Below are positions 11,338-20,534 of a stretch of 64,000 bases of DNA, piece by piece. The position numbers were made by a program, and so were the translations under genes. The notes under the pieces are model-generated. The model was not told the origin of the DNA. It ran no database searches and saw only the letters and a list, made by a program, of their open reading frames with translations. Numbering within the stretch: the stretch's first letter is position 1; the number at the start of each line of letters is the position of its first letter. The stretch is from Bdellovibrionota bacterium (lineage in GTDB: Bacteria > Bdellovibrionota > UBA2428): contig JBIKUK010000001.1 in the NCBI GenBank assembly GCA_044347615.1, positions 299,863 through 363,862 of the forward strand, given 5' to 3'.

Positions 11338-12906
11338 TTAATTTTGTAATTTTTCCTTATCGTAGAGTACGGAGTACCAGTAGTGATTTCTTAAAACTTT
11401 CGCAACGTAACCTCTTGTTTCACTGTAAGGAATGAGGTCAATAAAAAGCATAGGGTCTTGTGTGTTGTATCTTTTTTTCCATTCTTCGACTTTGTTTGGG
11501 CCTGCATTGTAAGCAGCAAGAGCAAAATCCATTCGGCTTTGTTTTTTCATAAGATCTGAAAGAATCTCACTTCCAACTTCTATGTTTGTTTCAAGATCGT
11601 AAAGATAGCTTTCTGATTTTACATTATAGTTTGCGGCTGTTGAAGGGAGTATCTGCATAAAACCTCTTGCGTTCGCTGGAGATCTCGCCAGCGGGTTAAA
11701 TCCACTTTCTTGTTTTGCAACTGATAGAGCTATTAAATGATCAACTTTTACTTCTGCTCGATCAAATGCTTTTTCAAATGGACGAGGGTGTAGGTGTTTA
11801 AGAATTTGAAGATTTATCACTTCCGGATCTTTAGATAAGATAAAATTACTAATCCTCACTGAATCGCTTGGTAAATTATATTTGTCAGCAAGGGCCGCGA
11901 TATAAAGTTTGTTTGCTCGACTAAAATAAGGATTAAGTTTACCTGACATTTTATAACTTAGGTTCGTAGCAGCTTTTTTCTCACCAAAGATATAAAGCGA
12001 TTCAATCCAATAAATTACTTTTTGTGAAAATGCTAAGTGAGTGTTTCTTTGTGGAACTATAAAAGCTTTTTTGAGTATTCGAGAAAAGGGATCAGTGTTC
12101 ATAATCCTTGAAGCATGAATTGAATGAAAATTAAGAGGATACTCTGTGATGAGATGATTCCAGTATACATCTCTTAACTTTTGGTTTTTTTGAAGATATC
12201 CTAACCAAAAAAGAGTTATCTCTTTTTCTTTAGGTTCAGTTGTTTTAAGCGCAGCACGAAATGCAGTTATTGCGCCCTCTCTGTCCCCCCACATATGCCG
12301 TAAAAGTCCTTGTCGTATATGTGTTAGCTCAAAATAAGAATCGTATGTTTTCAGGCATTGGGCTGCTCTTTGATAACCAACTTCCAGGCTAGCCTGTGCT
12401 TTAATTTTTGGTAGTGCAAGTTCATACATTCTTAAACTAGCAACTAATAAATTTTGAGGACATTTTTTTGAGCTTATTAAGATTGGAAGCCAGCTCATGA
12501 TATCGTCAAATGAATATTTTCTAAGTGCATCCAAGAGTTCACCGGGTCTTGCTTTTTGTGCTTGCTCGAACGTTTTACGATTTATAAATTCAGGCACGCT
12601 AGCATAATTTGTTGGGGTTTCTTTTTTTAAAAATTTTTCGGACCGCTCATCTTTTAATTCAAGGATTTTAATTAATTCACAGAGACTTTTTTTTGAGGCT
12701 TGGTTACTTTTGCAGTTTTTAACAAGATTTTTTTCAGCATAAGAGGTTTGATTTAAATATTGTGCGAGTTCTTTTGTTTGTTTTTTGTGTTCATTTTTTG
12801 TAAGCAAAAGGCCTTTTGCAATTTCTTCTTCGGTTACAACAATTGATTGGGCTAGAATTCGTTCAGCTCCTAAAAGTAAAAAAAAGAATACTAAAGTCCT
12901 TTTCAT
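11338..12906 (-). CDS. soluble lytic murein transglycosylase (Slt family)
   Basis: 522 aa with N-terminal signal peptide; SLT catalytic motif region AKQESGFNPLARSPANARGFMQILPSTA. Confidence 0.8.
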   Translation of the reverse strand: MKRTLVFFFLLLGAERILAQSIVVTEEEIAKGLLLTKNEHKKQTKELAQYLNQTSYAEKNLVKNCKSNQASKKSLCELIKILELKDERSEKFLKKETPTNYASVPEFINRKTFEQAQKARPGELLDALRKYSFDDIMSWLPILISSKKCPQNLLVASLRMYELALPKIKAQASLEVGYQRAAQCLKTYDSYFELTHIRQGLLRHMWGDREGAITAFRAALKTTEPKEKEITLFWLGYLQKNQKLRDVYWNHLITEYPLNFHSIHASRIMNTDPFSRILKKAFIVPQRNTHLAFSQKVIYWIESLYIFGEKKAATNLSYKMSGKLNPYFSRANKLYIAALADKYNLPSDSVRISNFILSKDPEVINLQILKHLHPRPFEKAFDRAEVKVDHLIALSVAKQESGFNPLARSPANARGFMQILPSTAANYNVKSESYLYDLETNIEVGSEILSDLMKKQSRMDFALAAYNAGPNKVEEWKKRYNTQDPMLFIDLIPYSETRGYVAKVLRNHYWYSVLYDKEKLQN

Positions 12907-12981
12907 GGCCGAATCTATTTCGGATGAAATTAAAGGTCGCTTGAGATAGCTAAATACAAAATTTTGTTGGCTTTTTTGTTT

Positions 12982-14283
12982 TTATTTTTCAACTAAATCT
13001 TCGTAACGAGCGGTCTTTACGGTTTTTTGATTTAGACCCCTCAGAAGCCAAGCTGGAACAGCCTCTGTCAAAACTCGTGCGGGATTATCTGCATACTCAA
13101 GCATGTAAAGCATAGGCTTTAAGTTGCTGTTAAAGACACTTTCGATTTTGTTAGGACTTAAGTAGAAGCCCCCTCCAAACATACTGTTGGGACTAAGTTC
13201 AAAGGTAAAGCTGGTCATTCCTAATTCACCATAAAAGTAATCAAGGCTCACTCCTGAGGCGATATATAAATCAGATGATTGCTCTGGTTTGTAGTTGTTC
13301 CAAGTAGCCATTTGTTTGGCCATTTTTGTATGTATTTGAATATCTTGTGGATTTGAAATGTCATCGTACTGGTAGCCCCAAGGATAGAGAATCAATTCAG
13401 AAAAACTGTGAAAATCTAAAACAGAATTCATCCTATGGCGTTTAGCTTTTACAAAATCTCGAATGTTTTGAATTTCAATTTCTGAAAATGGAGAAGGGCC
13501 TCGGTAAGTGTCGTTATTGGGATCCTCAGATGCTCCGCCTCCGCCCCAACCAAATCCATAGTTTCGATTGAGGTCAACACCGTAGCTCCCACCTGAATTA
13601 GGGTGACGATTTTTTCTCCAGTTTTTTCCTGAAATTCCATTGGTGTAATCGTAGAAAAATCCATCGGGATTAATAACAGGAGCAATAAAAATTTCCCGTG
13701 TATCTATCAACTTTTTAATATTTTCATTGGTAGCGTAGTTATTCACAAGGTATTCAGCGAATCTTAGAGGAACTTCTACGGATAAATGTTCACGAGCGTG
13801 GTGGCAACCCTGGTAGAGAATTGCAGGAACTTTTGCGCTCTCTGCCTGGCCGGGACTCACGCTTGAAATGCGAAGCATGGGTTGGTCTCGGCCTTCAAAA
13901 GATTTTCCAAGAACCATATAGCTTGCAATTTCAGGATGATTACTTGCAAGATTTTGTAAAGTTGCCACTGTGCTGTTGTAGGAGCGGTAAGTGCCTGCTT
14001 TGGTATCTGCTTTTTCCCAGCGCTCTTGGTATTTTTTTTCCGTAAATTTGATTCCTGATCGCTTAAGGAGATCGCGATCGTAGGCTGTTCCTGTTATGAA
14101 AACTCTATCACTTTGTATTTCATCCAGAGCAAAACCAAAATTGGCAATAAAGCTACGTTCTTCTCGAGTTGTAGCGGGGACTTCAAAAATATATCGAGTA
14201 TTATTGATAGCTGAATTTTTTTGAATCTTTGCAAAGCTAAGACAACCTACAAATATAGAAATGAGTGTAAAAATTTTTTTCAT
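12982..14283 (-). CDS. M14-family zinc carboxypeptidase, probable lipoprotein
   Basis: 433 aa; lipobox-like IFVGC near the N-terminus; zinc-binding HxxE (GCHHAREH) and GVDLNRNY motifs typical of M14 carboxypeptidases. Confidence 0.8.
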   Translation of the reverse strand: MKKIFTLISIFVGCLSFAKIQKNSAINNTRYIFEVPATTREERSFIANFGFALDEIQSDRVFITGTAYDRDLLKRSGIKFTEKKYQERWEKADTKAGTYRSYNSTVATLQNLASNHPEIASYMVLGKSFEGRDQPMLRISSVSPGQAESAKVPAILYQGCHHAREHLSVEVPLRFAEYLVNNYATNENIKKLIDTREIFIAPVINPDGFFYDYTNGISGKNWRKNRHPNSGGSYGVDLNRNYGFGWGGGGASEDPNNDTYRGPSPFSEIEIQNIRDFVKAKRHRMNSVLDFHSFSELILYPWGYQYDDISNPQDIQIHTKMAKQMATWNNYKPEQSSDLYIASGVSLDYFYGELGMTSFTFELSPNSMFGGGFYLSPNKIESVFNSNLKPMLYMLEYADNPARVLTEAVPAWLLRGLNQKTVKTARYEDLVEK

Positions 14284-14340
14284 GAGTCCCCCCGTTTAGG
14301 TATTGCTTCATCTCTAATTTAATGAAGAAATGTCGAAATA

Positions 14341-15225
14341 ATGGCAGAGGGTCAAAGTCTTGGCATAAAAAGTAAGAAAATACTGCTCTGTGTAAGAGGG
14401 CCGGACACAAAACGCTTTCTCAATGGCATGCTAACGGCTGATCTAGGACGAGCACTCGATCACCCGCCTTCCTGTGGAAGAAGTTTTTTACTTACTTCAA
14501 AAGGCAAAGTTCTTTGTGAGCTTCTTTTTTATTGCCCAACTTCATCAGAGGCTTGGTTGATTGTTCGTCCTGAAGATGAAGCGATTCTTGCTTCGACTTT
14601 GCAAAAATATCTCATCGCAGATCAGGTAGAAATTTTGCCCTCAAAAGAAATTGAAGTTTTAAGTCTTTTTCAATCAAACTTTTATGAAATTCAAAGAATT
14701 CAAAATAGACATCCTTTGGGGCAAGAGAAAAGTTTCAAAGCTATTTATGAGGGTAAAAACATTATTTTGCCTTTGTGTTTATTGAGTCCAACTCATGTTG
14801 AGATTATTTCCGAAGTTGATTTTTCCTTAGAGAAAATAGACTTTCAAAAAATAAATGAAGATCAATTGTGGGATTTTTACTTCAAAGCGGGGCAGCCTTT
14901 GTGGGGAAGGGATTTATTGGCAGATGATTTGATTTTGGAGTTTCCTATTTCTGATGCCGTTTCTTTTGATAAGGGTTGTTATGTGGGGCAAGAAACTGTT
15001 GCCAGAGGAACTTTTAGAGGTAAAGTGAACAAAGTTTTTGCTCGTTTTGCAAAAGAATTTCCCTTAGGCGAGCTTTTAAACGATCAAGGCGAGATAATTG
15101 CCACCGTTAGATCCGCTCATAAAGGCCAGTCACTGGGGCTTGTAAAAATTTCTGCTCTAGAGGGGAGCTATTCTTTTAAACTTGAAGCCCTTGTCAACGA
15201 AAAGACCTATCGAGGGAATCGATAA
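14341..15225 (+). CDS. ygfZ: YgfZ-type folate-binding protein (aminomethyltransferase-like)
   Basis: 294 aa; signature KGCYVGQE present (DKGCYVGQETVARG). Confidence 0.7.
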   Translation: MAEGQSLGIKSKKILLCVRGPDTKRFLNGMLTADLGRALDHPPSCGRSFLLTSKGKVLCELLFYCPTSSEAWLIVRPEDEAILASTLQKYLIADQVEILPSKEIEVLSLFQSNFYEIQRIQNRHPLGQEKSFKAIYEGKNIILPLCLLSPTHVEIISEVDFSLEKIDFQKINEDQLWDFYFKAGQPLWGRDLLADDLILEFPISDAVSFDKGCYVGQETVARGTFRGKVNKVFARFAKEFPLGELLNDQGEIIATVRSAHKGQSLGLVKISALEGSYSFKLEALVNEKTYRGNR

Positions 15226-15243
15226 GTACTCTAAAATAAGAGA

Positions 15244-16149
15244 GTGCAAAATCTTTTAGAAAGTTTTCTAGATTATTTGGCTCATGAACAGAGAGTGTCG
15301 CCTCTTACGATTGAAGCGTATAAGAACGATCTTTTGTTTTGGCAGAAAACACTTTCTTCATTAACGGTAGAAAACCCTACTCCCCAAACATCGAGTGACT
15401 TCTTAAAAGCTTTAGAAAATTTAAAAAATCAAAAATACAAGGAAAGCACTCAACATCGAAAAAGAGCTGTACTGAGAAGTTTTTTACGCTTTCGATCTTA
15501 TCAACGTGATTCATGGGCAAGCTATGTGAATCTGATTCCTCTTTCAAATCATGAGGAGCTTTTGCCGAAAGCTTTATCCGTTAAGGAAGTTTCCGTTCTT
15601 TTAGAAACAATTGAAAATTCAAATGATACAAGATCAGAAAGAGACGCGGCTTTTGTAAATCTTTTGTATTCATCGGGGCTTCGTGTATCGGAGGCGCTTA
15701 ATTTGGAATGGACGCATTTGGATGAACAAAGACAAGTGCTTAGGGTCCTGGGCAAGGGCGCAAAAGAACGTTTGGTGCCTTACTCAGAAAGAAGCGCAAG
15801 AGCTCTCGATAAATACAAAAAAAATTCATGGCAAAAATGGAGCTGTGGAAAACTAAAGGAAAAGTCAAAAACGCGGGCGATTTTTATTTCAGCTCGCTCA
15901 AAGAATCTAACTCGAATGGGGGCATGGAAGGCCCTTTCTTTTTGGAGTCAGATGGCAGGACTGGAGCATGTTCATCCACACGTTTTAAGGCATTCCTTTG
16001 CCACGCATTTGCTGGGTGGCGGAGCGGATGTTCGTGTTGTTCAGTGTTTGTTGGGGCATTCGTCGATTAATACGACGGAACGTTATTTAAAGATTGAAGA
16101 CGAGGATGTTCAGCGCTTATTCAGGGACTACCATCCCTTAGCGGAATAG
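15244..16149 (+). CDS. tyrosine recombinase, XerC/XerD family
   Basis: 301 aa, GTG start; C-terminal catalytic region HPHVLRHSFATHLL...LLGHSSINTTERYLKI with the conserved R..H..R..Y residues of tyrosine recombinases. Confidence 0.85.
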   Translation: MQNLLESFLDYLAHEQRVSPLTIEAYKNDLLFWQKTLSSLTVENPTPQTSSDFLKALENLKNQKYKESTQHRKRAVLRSFLRFRSYQRDSWASYVNLIPLSNHEELLPKALSVKEVSVLLETIENSNDTRSERDAAFVNLLYSSGLRVSEALNLEWTHLDEQRQVLRVLGKGAKERLVPYSERSARALDKYKKNSWQKWSCGKLKEKSKTRAIFISARSKNLTRMGAWKALSFWSQMAGLEHVHPHVLRHSFATHLLGGGADVRVVQCLLGHSSINTTERYLKIEDEDVQRLFRDYHPLAE

Positions 16150-16228
16150 GCTTTTTTTGAGTTTTTTTAGTTGAAAACGTCCATATAAATTTTGATCTAT
16201 TTGAGAGGGAGTTCTAGGATGCAAGGCT

Positions 16229-18814
16229 ATGTCCAAGCCTGTTAAGGGATCTGAAATTAGAGAAGCTTTTTTATCTTATTTTGAGAAGCAAGGTCATGCT
16301 CGTGTTCCAAGCTCAAAATTGGTTCCAGAAAATGATCCAACTTTGCTTTTTACAAATGCAGGAATGGTTCAATTTAAAGATGTCTTTTTAGGAATTGAAA
16401 AGCGTCCTTACACGCGGGCGACAACTTGCCAGAAAAGTGTTCGAGCAGGCGGAAAGCATAACGACCTTGAAAATGTGGGTTTTACTGAAAGGCACCATAC
16501 TTTTTTTGAAATGCTTGGGAATTTTAGTTTTGGTGATTATTTCAAAAAAGATGCGATTCATTTTGCTTGGGAATTTGTGACCAAAGACCTAGGTCTTCCA
16601 AAGGATAAGCTTCGAGTGAGCGTTTATAAAGACGATCAAGAAAGTGCAGATATTTGGCACAAGCAAGAGGGTGTTCCTCTGGATCGTATTGTGCGTTTTG
16701 ATGAGGATAATTTTTGGGCCATGGGTGATACGGGCCCTTGTGGACCGTGTTCGGAAATTTTTTGGGATCAAGGAAAAGACGTCGACGGGGAACGTTGGCT
16801 TGAATTCTGGAACGTCGTTTTCATGCAGTATGATCGGCAAAAAGATGGAACGCTTATTCCTCTGAAAAAGCCCTCGGTTGATACGGGCATGGGCCTTGAG
16901 CGAATGGCTACGGTTATGCAAGGTGTGCAATCCAATTACGAGGTTGATTTGCTTGCAGATTTAGTAAAGGTCACCCATTCAACTTTTGAAAATAAATTAA
17001 AGAAAAAAATTGATCTTCAATCACGAGATAATCTTTGTGCGGTTCGAGTGATCGTGGATCACTTGCGTTCTACAAGTTTTTTAATAGCAGATGGAGTGCA
17101 GCCTTCTAATGAAGGCCGAGGTTATGTATTAAGACGTATTTTGCGAAGAGCAGTTCGTTTTGGCCATAAGCTAGGAGTGCATAATCCTTTTTTAGGCGAG
17201 CTCTATCCTGCACTTTTAAATTCTCTAGGGGATGTGTACCCTGAGCTTAAAACTCGTGAGCCTATTGTTTGCGAAGTTCTTAAACAAGAGGAAGAGCGAT
17301 TCTTTGAAACGCTTGATCGAGGCCTTGAGATTTTAGAAGAGGCGTTAAAAAAATCAAATTCAAAAAGTCTTCCTGCGGAAGCTGTGTTTCAACTTTACGA
17401 TACATTCGGGTTTCCTTTTGATTTAACTCAGTTGATTGCTCGAGAGCGTGGTTTGAGTATCGATATGCAGAAAGTTGATGTTCTGCTTACAAAACAGCAA
17501 GAACAATCTCGAGCTCATTGGAAGGGGTCTGGAGCAGAAACGCTTCCTCCTCAAGTTCGTGAATGGAAATCAGCTTTTTCTACAAAAGCAACTTTTTATG
17601 AGAATGCAGAGGCTCAGTCGAAAGTGCTTGGTATTCACAAAGGAGAAGGTAGCACCTCTTGGGTTGCGATTGATCCTTGTCCTTTTTATGCAGAAAGCGG
17701 TGGTCAGGTAGGAGATTCTGGGCAGTTATTTGATTCAAAAGGAAATGTCTTTAAGGTTTCAACTTGTAAAAAAGTTGGAGACGCAACTTTGGCTTTGCGA
17801 ATTGAAGTAGCTTCCTCTTTGACTATTGGAGATTCTTTAAAAGTTGTTGTTGATGATACAAGAAGATCTAAGATTCGTTGTAATCACACAGCAACGCACT
17901 TGTTGCATGCGGCTTTGAGAGAAATCCTCGGAGACCACGTTCATCAAGCGGGTTCTTTTTTAGATGAAAGCCGCTTACGCTTTGACTTTTCGCATGGAAA
18001 AGCTTTGAGCGAAACAGAGCTGCAGAAAATTGAAACGTGGGTGAATGATCAAATTGAAGCAGACAAAGACGTAAATGTGGCCACTAAATCTTACAAAGAA
18101 GCTCTTCAAGAGGGAGCGATGGCTCTGTTTGGTGAAAAATATGGAGAGACTGTGCGAATGGTTTCAATTGGAAAGGGAGACAAGACGCAAGTAGTCTCAC
18201 GTGAGCTTTGTGGAGGTTTGCATGTCCAGCGAACTTCGCAAATACAAAGATTTAAAATTTTACGCGAAGAAGGCGTAGCTGCTGGCACAAGACGTATTGA
18301 GGCGTGTTCGGGTGAGGCTCTTGTTCGCTATCTTCTTGAAAAAGAATCAACGCTTGATCAGGCCGCGCATACGTTACAAGTTCCCTCCGCTCAGGTTCCA
18401 GCAAGAATTTCGAAAATTCTTCAGGAAAAAAATGATCTAGAGAAAAAGATTAAAGAACTTGAAAAAAAACTAGCTTCAGGATCTTCGTCAGCAAGCAATT
18501 CTTTAGAGACAAATTTTAAAGGAAAGAAAATTATCGTCCACATAATGGAAGATGTTTCTGTAAATTCTCTTCGAGAAGTGGCTGATCAATTGAGACATAA
18601 AACAGCTGATGCCGCGCACGTTCTTGTTTCAGGGCTAAATTTAATTGTAACTGCCGACCCTAAGCTTTCTTTTCATAGCGGGGCTTTCTTAAAGGAATTT
18701 GTTGGCCATTGGAAGGGTCGTGGGGGTGGAAATGAAAAAACAGCTCAGGGAGCTTTTCAAGAAAAAATAACTTTAGATGAGATTCAAAATTGGTTTAAAT
18801 CCCATGCAGGTTAA
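16229..18814 (+). CDS. alaS: alanine--tRNA ligase
   Basis: 861 aa; N-terminal FTNAGMVQFKDVFLG motif and overall length typical of AlaRS. Confidence 0.97.
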   Translation: MSKPVKGSEIREAFLSYFEKQGHARVPSSKLVPENDPTLLFTNAGMVQFKDVFLGIEKRPYTRATTCQKSVRAGGKHNDLENVGFTERHHTFFEMLGNFSFGDYFKKDAIHFAWEFVTKDLGLPKDKLRVSVYKDDQESADIWHKQEGVPLDRIVRFDEDNFWAMGDTGPCGPCSEIFWDQGKDVDGERWLEFWNVVFMQYDRQKDGTLIPLKKPSVDTGMGLERMATVMQGVQSNYEVDLLADLVKVTHSTFENKLKKKIDLQSRDNLCAVRVIVDHLRSTSFLIADGVQPSNEGRGYVLRRILRRAVRFGHKLGVHNPFLGELYPALLNSLGDVYPELKTREPIVCEVLKQEEERFFETLDRGLEILEEALKKSNSKSLPAEAVFQLYDTFGFPFDLTQLIARERGLSIDMQKVDVLLTKQQEQSRAHWKGSGAETLPPQVREWKSAFSTKATFYENAEAQSKVLGIHKGEGSTSWVAIDPCPFYAESGGQVGDSGQLFDSKGNVFKVSTCKKVGDATLALRIEVASSLTIGDSLKVVVDDTRRSKIRCNHTATHLLHAALREILGDHVHQAGSFLDESRLRFDFSHGKALSETELQKIETWVNDQIEADKDVNVATKSYKEALQEGAMALFGEKYGETVRMVSIGKGDKTQVVSRELCGGLHVQRTSQIQRFKILREEGVAAGTRRIEACSGEALVRYLLEKESTLDQAAHTLQVPSAQVPARISKILQEKNDLEKKIKELEKKLASGSSSASNSLETNFKGKKIIVHIMEDVSVNSLREVADQLRHKTADAAHVLVSGLNLIVTADPKLSFHSGAFLKEFVGHWKGRGGGNEKTAQGAFQEKITLDEIQNWFKSHAG

Positions 18815-18830
18815 ATTAATTCGAAAATTT

Positions 18831-19358
18831 ATGTTTAAAATCATAGGAAATTCTTTTTGGCTTTTCTTTATTCTTTCTTGTTCGCAAAAACCTAGCCGTG
18901 AGAGATTTCCAGGCCCGACAGGAAGGACAACAAGCCTCCAGCAAGCTCAAGCAACAAAAGAAGTTTTGGGAGGCTTTGACCCTCAGTCAAGAAAACAGCA
19001 AGAAGATGAAGCCATTCATGGAATCGTCAACATAAAAGCCGGTCTTAAGATTCCTGAAAAAAAACATATGATTTTTATTTCCGCACGACCTATTGGAGGG
19101 GGAGGACCGCCGCTTGCTGTTTTGCGGTTAACTCCAAGAAAGCTTCCTTTTCGGTTTAGGCTTTCGCAAGAAAACGTCATGATGCAAGGAACGAGGCTTG
19201 AGGGTTTTGTGGATTTAAATGTTCGCGTAATTCAGCAAAAAGAGGATGGGTCTTTTGATCCACTCGCAAGGCAGCCCGGAGATCTTTATGGAACGCTCCC
19301 TGTAAAAGTCGGAGCCAAAAACGTCCAAATTGTTCTTTCAGAAGTTATAAAAAAATAA
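18831..19358 (+). CDS. hypothetical lipoprotein
   Basis: Internal ATG at 18831 gives MFKIIGNSFWLFFILSCSQ (signal peptide with lipobox ILSC); the track start at 18777 would overlap the alaS 3' end. Confidence 0.5.
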   Translation: MFKIIGNSFWLFFILSCSQKPSRERFPGPTGRTTSLQQAQATKEVLGGFDPQSRKQQEDEAIHGIVNIKAGLKIPEKKHMIFISARPIGGGGPPLAVLRLTPRKLPFRFRLSQENVMMQGTRLEGFVDLNVRVIQQKEDGSFDPLARQPGDLYGTLPVKVGAKNVQIVLSEVIKK

Positions 19359-19364
19359 ATTAAT

Positions 19365-20495
19365 TTAGGGATGCTTCAATCCCGTTGCGCCTTTGTAATC
19401 TCCACGAGGGCGATAAATGCGATTGTTTTCCCATTGCTCCATGGCATGAGCGCACCATCCAGACATTCGGCTCACAACGAATATAGGAGTGAAGAGATCG
19501 CCAGGAATTCCCATGGAATCATAAACAGTTGCTGAATAAAAATCCACATTTGGAGTGAGGCCTTTTTTCTCAAGCATTTCGGTTTCGATCAAATCACTCA
19601 TTTGGTAGTAGTGAGGTTTTCCAGCGACCCGAGTCAGCTTTTCACTAAAAGTTTTAAGGATTTTAGCTCGAGGATCACCGTTTTTATAAACACGATGACC
19701 AATGCCCATGACTTTTTTCTTATGAGTGAGAGCTTCTCCAACAAATTTCTTAGCGTTTTCAAGGCTTCCAATTTCTTGAAGCATTTGAATAACAGCCGTA
19801 TTAGCTCCTCCGTGGAGAGGGCCTTTTAGGGCGCCGATTGCCCCGACAATCGCCGAGTGTAAATCAGAAAGACTTGAGCAAATCACTCGAGTGGCGAACG
19901 TGCTACAGTTGAGTTCGTGGTCGGCATGAAGAATGAGTGCAACGTCCATGATGCGAGCAATTTCTTCTGTAGGTTCTTTTCCGCTCATCATGTAGAGAAG
20001 ATTCCAAGCGAGATTTTTCTCAGGTTTGGGGGCAACGGGTTCTAGTCCGTTTCGAATGCGCTCATAGGCTGCCACAATGGAACCTACTTTAGCAGTGAGG
20101 CGGAGTGATTTTCGTTTTACAGCAAGAGGGCTGTCGTCTGAGACATCCTGATCATAAAAAGAAGAGAGAGAAATGGCTGTTCTCAAAAAATCCATAGGAT
20201 GCGTGCCCTTGGGCAAGTCTCTCATGACTTCTTTAAGAAGATTGAGGTAAGCACTTTCTAAAACACTTTCGCGGTGAAGGTCTTGTTTAAAGGTTAAAAG
20301 CTCAGAAGCTGTTGGAAGGTGATTGTTCCAAAGCAAATAAATAACTTCTTCAAAGGTTGATTTCTCTGCAAGGTCTTCAATTTCGTAACCTCTGTAGCAA
20401 AGAGTGGCATTGACGATACTGCTAATTTTGGTTGTACACGCGACAACGCCTTCAAGTCCCTTATCGATTGCTCCTATGTACTCATTTTCAGCCAT
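19365..20495 (-). CDS. gltA: citrate synthase
   Basis: 376 aa; GHRVYKNGDPRAKILK motif and overall similarity to short-type citrate synthases (2-methylcitrate synthase not excluded). Confidence 0.85.
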   Translation of the reverse strand: MAENEYIGAIDKGLEGVVACTTKISSIVNATLCYRGYEIEDLAEKSTFEEVIYLLWNNHLPTASELLTFKQDLHRESVLESAYLNLLKEVMRDLPKGTHPMDFLRTAISLSSFYDQDVSDDSPLAVKRKSLRLTAKVGSIVAAYERIRNGLEPVAPKPEKNLAWNLLYMMSGKEPTEEIARIMDVALILHADHELNCSTFATRVICSSLSDLHSAIVGAIGALKGPLHGGANTAVIQMLQEIGSLENAKKFVGEALTHKKKVMGIGHRVYKNGDPRAKILKTFSEKLTRVAGKPHYYQMSDLIETEMLEKKGLTPNVDFYSATVYDSMGIPGDLFTPIFVVSRMSGWCAHAMEQWENNRIYRPRGDYKGATGLKHP

Positions 20496-20534
20496 GATAA
20501 ATTCTTTTATCTTAGAGCCTTTAGAATATCCACT

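Noticed and set aside
15244-16149. Tyrosine recombinase as evidence of a mobile element
   Set aside because: XerC/D-like sequence and housekeeping neighbours (ygfZ, alaS); no flanking repeats or phage or IS genes.
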